From the NCBI GenBank assembly GCA_024638585.1, contig JAHEKA010000001.1, positions 1-26,727 of the forward strand: a stretch of 26,727 bases of DNA, given 5' to 3'. The notes below the pieces were generated by a model that did not search any database, was not told the DNA's origin, and worked only from the letters and a program-made list of their open reading frames with translations. Positions 24,857 through 26,727 of the stretch are shown here, piece by piece; position 1 is the stretch's first letter; every line of letters begins with the position of its first letter. The translations under genes were made by a program, and so were the position numbers. This DNA comes from Rhodospirillales bacterium (lineage in GTDB: Bacteria > Pseudomonadota > Alphaproteobacteria > SMXQ01).

Positions 24857-25969
24857 GTGAGTGAAGCCGAAGCCGAATGGGAAGCAACCGACAAATATCT
24901 GCTCGACCCCTATCTCGATTGGATCAAGGGGGAGGGCATCCCCATCGTCGAGGATTTCGGCGTCGACCTGTTCGCGGTCGAAACCAAGCCCTGGGCGCGC
25001 ATGGGCACCAAGGGGGCGGCGGTGCATCTCAAGGGGCGGGGCGATTTCATGTCGCTGTTCCTTGTCGATCTGGCGCCGGGCGGCAAGAGCGACCAGCAGC
25101 GCCACCTCTTTGAAGAAGTGGTCTATGTCATCGACGGCCATGGCTCCACCACGGTGGTGGCCGCCGATGGGCGCAAGCACACGTTCGAATGGGGCCCAAA
25201 GAGTCTGTTCGCCCTGCCGCTGAACGCCACCTATCAGCATTTCAACGGCTCCGGCACCGAATCGGCCAGGCTGTGCTCCGGCACCAACCTGCCGATGATG
25301 ATGAACATTTTCCACAGCGAAGGCTTCATCTTCGACAACCCCTATGAATTCCCCGAAAGGGTGGGGGCGGCGGATTATTTCGCGGGCGAGGGCGAGTTCC
25401 TTCCGGTCAAGCCCGGTCGCCACATGTGGGAGACCAACTTCGTTCCCAGCCTGTCGAACATGGAATTGCAGGGCTGGCAGAACCGGGGCGCGGGCGGCAC
25501 CTCCATCGTTTTTGCCCTGGCCGATGGGTTGATGCATTCCCACACGTCGGAAATGCCGGTCGGCACCTATAAGAAGGGCCATCGCCACGGCGCCGACTTT
25601 CACGTCTTCTGCGTTCATGGCACGGGCTATTCGCTGCTCTGGTACAACCCGGACGACGAGTATGTCCGCGTCGATTGGCGCCATGGCGTCGTCTTTGCGC
25701 CCCCCGAGGGCATGTTCCACCAGCACTTCAACACCGATCCCAGTTCCGCCCGGTATCTCGCCATCGCGCTGGGCAGCCAGCGCTATCCCTTCACCGAATC
25801 CAAGCGGTCGCATTTCGACAAAGGCGTCGATACCTCGCTGAAGGACGGCGGCAACCAGATCGAATACGAGGATCAGAATCCGCGGATCCACAAGATCTAT
25901 CTGGAAGAGCTTGCCAAGACCGGCGCCGAATCAAAGATGGGTCAGTTCATCGACGAATCGAAGTACTGA
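24857..25969 (+). CDS. Bicupin protein of unknown function (gentisate dioxygenase-like fold)
   Basis: 370 aa from GTG 24857 after AAGGAG. Domain 1 QRHLFEEVVYVIDGHG...YQHFN, domain 2 HRHGADFHVFCVHGTG...MFHQHFN. Confidence 0.85.
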   Translation: MSEAEAEWEATDKYLLDPYLDWIKGEGIPIVEDFGVDLFAVETKPWARMGTKGAAVHLKGRGDFMSLFLVDLAPGGKSDQQRHLFEEVVYVIDGHGSTTVVAADGRKHTFEWGPKSLFALPLNATYQHFNGSGTESARLCSGTNLPMMMNIFHSEGFIFDNPYEFPERVGAADYFAGEGEFLPVKPGRHMWETNFVPSLSNMELQGWQNRGAGGTSIVFALADGLMHSHTSEMPVGTYKKGHRHGADFHVFCVHGTGYSLLWYNPDDEYVRVDWRHGVVFAPPEGMFHQHFNTDPSSARYLAIALGSQRYPFTESKRSHFDKGVDTSLKDGGNQIEYEDQNPRIHKIYLEELAKTGAESKMGQFIDESKY

Positions 25970-26561
25970 TTTTCGAGGCGGCGGGGGACGCGACCTCTTC
26001 GGCAAACAGCGCGAACCGTTCAGGGCGCCCCGGCACGACGCCGTCGAGCGGCCAGCAGGTGATGAGCACCAGCCGCCCGGCGCGGATGTCCGCCGGGATG
26101 CTGAGATGTGGCGTGGCCAGGACGCGGGAGCCGGTGACCCGATAGTGCAGGATCTTTCGATCCGGTGTCTCCAGCCTGATCGTCGCCCCCGGTTTGACGG
26201 TATCGAGCCCGCGGAAATGGGTGTCGCGATGGGCCGAGATCACAACTGTCCCACCCGCACCCGGCGCTGCCGATCCCGCCACATGGGTCGGCCCGAAGGC
26301 CAGTCCCTGGCCGCCGGAATCGGTCAGCACCAAAACGGCCCGGCCGCCCACCGTCAGGCGGGCGACCGGGAAGGTGTCGGCCCAGGGCCAGGGAGAGACC
26401 CCGGGCCGTCCCGCGAGCGTTCTCTGCCACGCGCTCTCGAGTAGATGTTGGGCAAGGACCGCTTTGGCGGGAATCCACAGCCCGTTGATGGTGAGAAGGG
26501 CGCCCAGCGCAACAACGCATGCACCGGCGATGCGCCGGGCGCCCCATTTCCCCTTAGGCAT
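25947..26561 (-). CDS. Class GN sortase (marine proteobacterial sortase)
   Basis: N-terminal anchor, KAVLAQHLLESAW, PWPWADTFPVARL, catalytic SAHRDTHF (His), LITCWP (Cys) and downstream Arg. Confidence 0.93.
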   Translation of the reverse strand: MPKGKWGARRIAGACVVALGALLTINGLWIPAKAVLAQHLLESAWQRTLAGRPGVSPWPWADTFPVARLTVGGRAVLVLTDSGGQGLAFGPTHVAGSAAPGAGGTVVISAHRDTHFRGLDTVKPGATIRLETPDRKILHYRVTGSRVLATPHLSIPADIRAGRLVLITCWPLDGVVPGRPERFALFAEEVASPAASKISTSIRR

Positions 26562-26727
26562 GGGCCCGCTGGGACCGGCCCGCGAGGAGGAGGAGGCCGG
26601 CGATCAACGCCACCAGGCCCGCCATCAGGGAAAGTGCCGCAGGGCTTGCCGTCTGGGGCAATTGCAGGGTCTGGGCACTGGCCGAGGGTTGGCCCGGCTT
26701 AACCGCCTTGGCCTTGATCCGCGGCGG
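26554..26727 (-). CDS. C-terminal fragment of sortase substrate protein with LPQTA sorting signal (gene runs off the window)
   Basis: Not in the ORF track. Manual translation: PPRIKAKAVKPGQPSASAQTLQ-LPQTA-SPAALSLMAGLVALIAGLLLLAG-RSQRAHA-stop. Pentapeptide at 26647-26661, then a hydrophobic helix and basic tail. The stop overlaps the sortase start by 8 nt. Confidence 0.88.
   Translation of the reverse strand, partial: PPRIKAKAVKPGQPSASAQTLQLPQTASPAALSLMAGLVALIAGLLLLAGRSQRAHA

Noticed and set aside
23013-24887. 624-aa minus-strand ORF, and similar long shadows at 4701-5834, 19582-20772 and 24719-25891
   Set aside because: All lie antisense to well-supported genes and have no motifs or RBS support.
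1-26727. CRISPR arrays, tRNA/rRNA, IS elements, sigma54 promoters
   Set aside because: By eye, no regularly spaced repeats, cloverleaf or rRNA signatures, transposase ORFs or TGGCAC-N5-TTGC matches were found.

Overview
GC-rich bacterial DNA, most likely from an alphaproteobacterium (inferred from the promoter style, TTT transporters and a class GN sortase typical of marine proteobacteria). Most of the window is a dense patchwork of catabolic and transport genes, with no transcription factor, integrase, transposase, tRNA/rRNA or CRISPR recognised. It encodes a GST with a PcpC/zeta-like S-x-C motif, a ~620 aa ThDP enzyme, two tripartite tricarboxylate transporter (TTT) systems, a split ComD/ComE-like ThDP decarboxylase, two VOC proteins, three MmgE/PrpD paralogues, two gentisate-dioxygenase-like cupins, an OCD/mu-crystallin protein, a ComA-like TIM barrel and an HmfH/HMFO-like GMC oxidoreductase. 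One TTT has a TctA-TctB fusion. The other has a prpD gene inside the operon and a TctC with an extra, strongly basic 92-aa C-terminal domain. A separate ~3.5 kb module that looks like cold acclimation sits in the middle: fatty acid desaturase, CspA with a long leader, a DEAD-box helicase behind a three-way-junction RNA leader, and a 76-aa unknown protein. The right end holds a class GN sortase and the unlisted C-terminus of its LPQTA-bearing substrate. The best leads are the ComA-like and ComDE-like enzymes that both deviate at active-site motifs (possibly a non-sulfonate analogue of CoM/sulfolactate chemistry), the TctC extension domain, the cupin pair, and the cold module with its RNA leaders. 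All homologies come from recalled motifs, not database searches.
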